From NCBI RefSeq assembly GCF_006345805.1, contig NC_043014.1, forward strand, positions 17,546,001 through 17,610,000: DNA of 64,000 bases, given 5' to 3'. Each line of letters begins with the position of its first letter. Within the stretch, counting starts at the first letter, position 1. Source of the DNA: Octopus sinensis. Lineage: Eukaryota. A program made the position numbers and the translations under genes. The notes under the pieces were generated by a model. It did no database searches. It saw only the letters and a program-made list of their open reading frames with translations, and had not been told where the DNA came from. This document shows, piece after piece, positions 63,631-64,000 of the stretch.

Positions 63631-64000
63631 CAATAAACGAATGCACACACACATTTAAATATGTGTGTATGTGAAACTGATAAGCTAAATTCACTTTACG
63701 ATAAAAATTTCCAGTTTTATTTTGATAAAAACACCAGTGACTTCAGAGCAAAATATCTCTCACACCCACTCCGTTTTTTCTTTGTTTTAGCCTCTCTTAC
63801 CAGCGTAACTAACGAGGTGTATTGCCTTAGGGTGTCCATAAATTATCTTTACAACTTTCACAGGCCCGAACTTCAAATTGTAATGGTAATTTATGGCTCT
63901 CCACATTCTCGTTTTAGGGACGGTGGGGAGAGTCCATTGAGAGCATGTTAGATGTTAGTTTCGTTGAAAATACACGAGAAACTTTAATTATTACTATTTG

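Overview
Eukaryotic genomic DNA, most likely an octopus or other coleoid cephalopod (inferred from a ~2.6-kb GC-rich 18S, octopus-type tRNA-derived SINEs and dense TA/CA microsatellites). Bases 1-11643 hold one rDNA unit on the minus strand (ETS/IGS with subrepeats, 18S, ITS1, 5.8S, ITS2, 28S). It ends abruptly at a 5'-truncated L1/Tx1-like LINE at 11644. The 28S gene is interrupted exactly at the canonical R2 site (AAGG/TAGC) by a 1785-bp element (187-1971) with no RT/endonuclease ORF. This element folds into a complete HDV-like ribozyme whose P1 5' strand comes from the upstream 28S. It also carries two 114-nt structured repeats, two oligo-U-loop hairpins and a 3' end complementary to downstream 28S, so it looks like a non-autonomous, R2-dependent rDNA parasite. 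This is the best candidate for an undescribed system. The remaining ~52 kb is repeat-rich and contains one three-exon protein gene (cystatin-B/stefin-like, 96 aa; exons 26802-26870, 36955-37056, 38200-38319). Also present are SINEs, LINE remnants (RTE, CR1-group, R4/Dong-like), Penelope-like remnants, mariner and Tigger fragments, MITEs and several long fold-back elements. Several fold-backs and one tRNA-headed SINE carry type-I hammerhead ribozyme motifs. All RNA structures were paired by eye and are untested.
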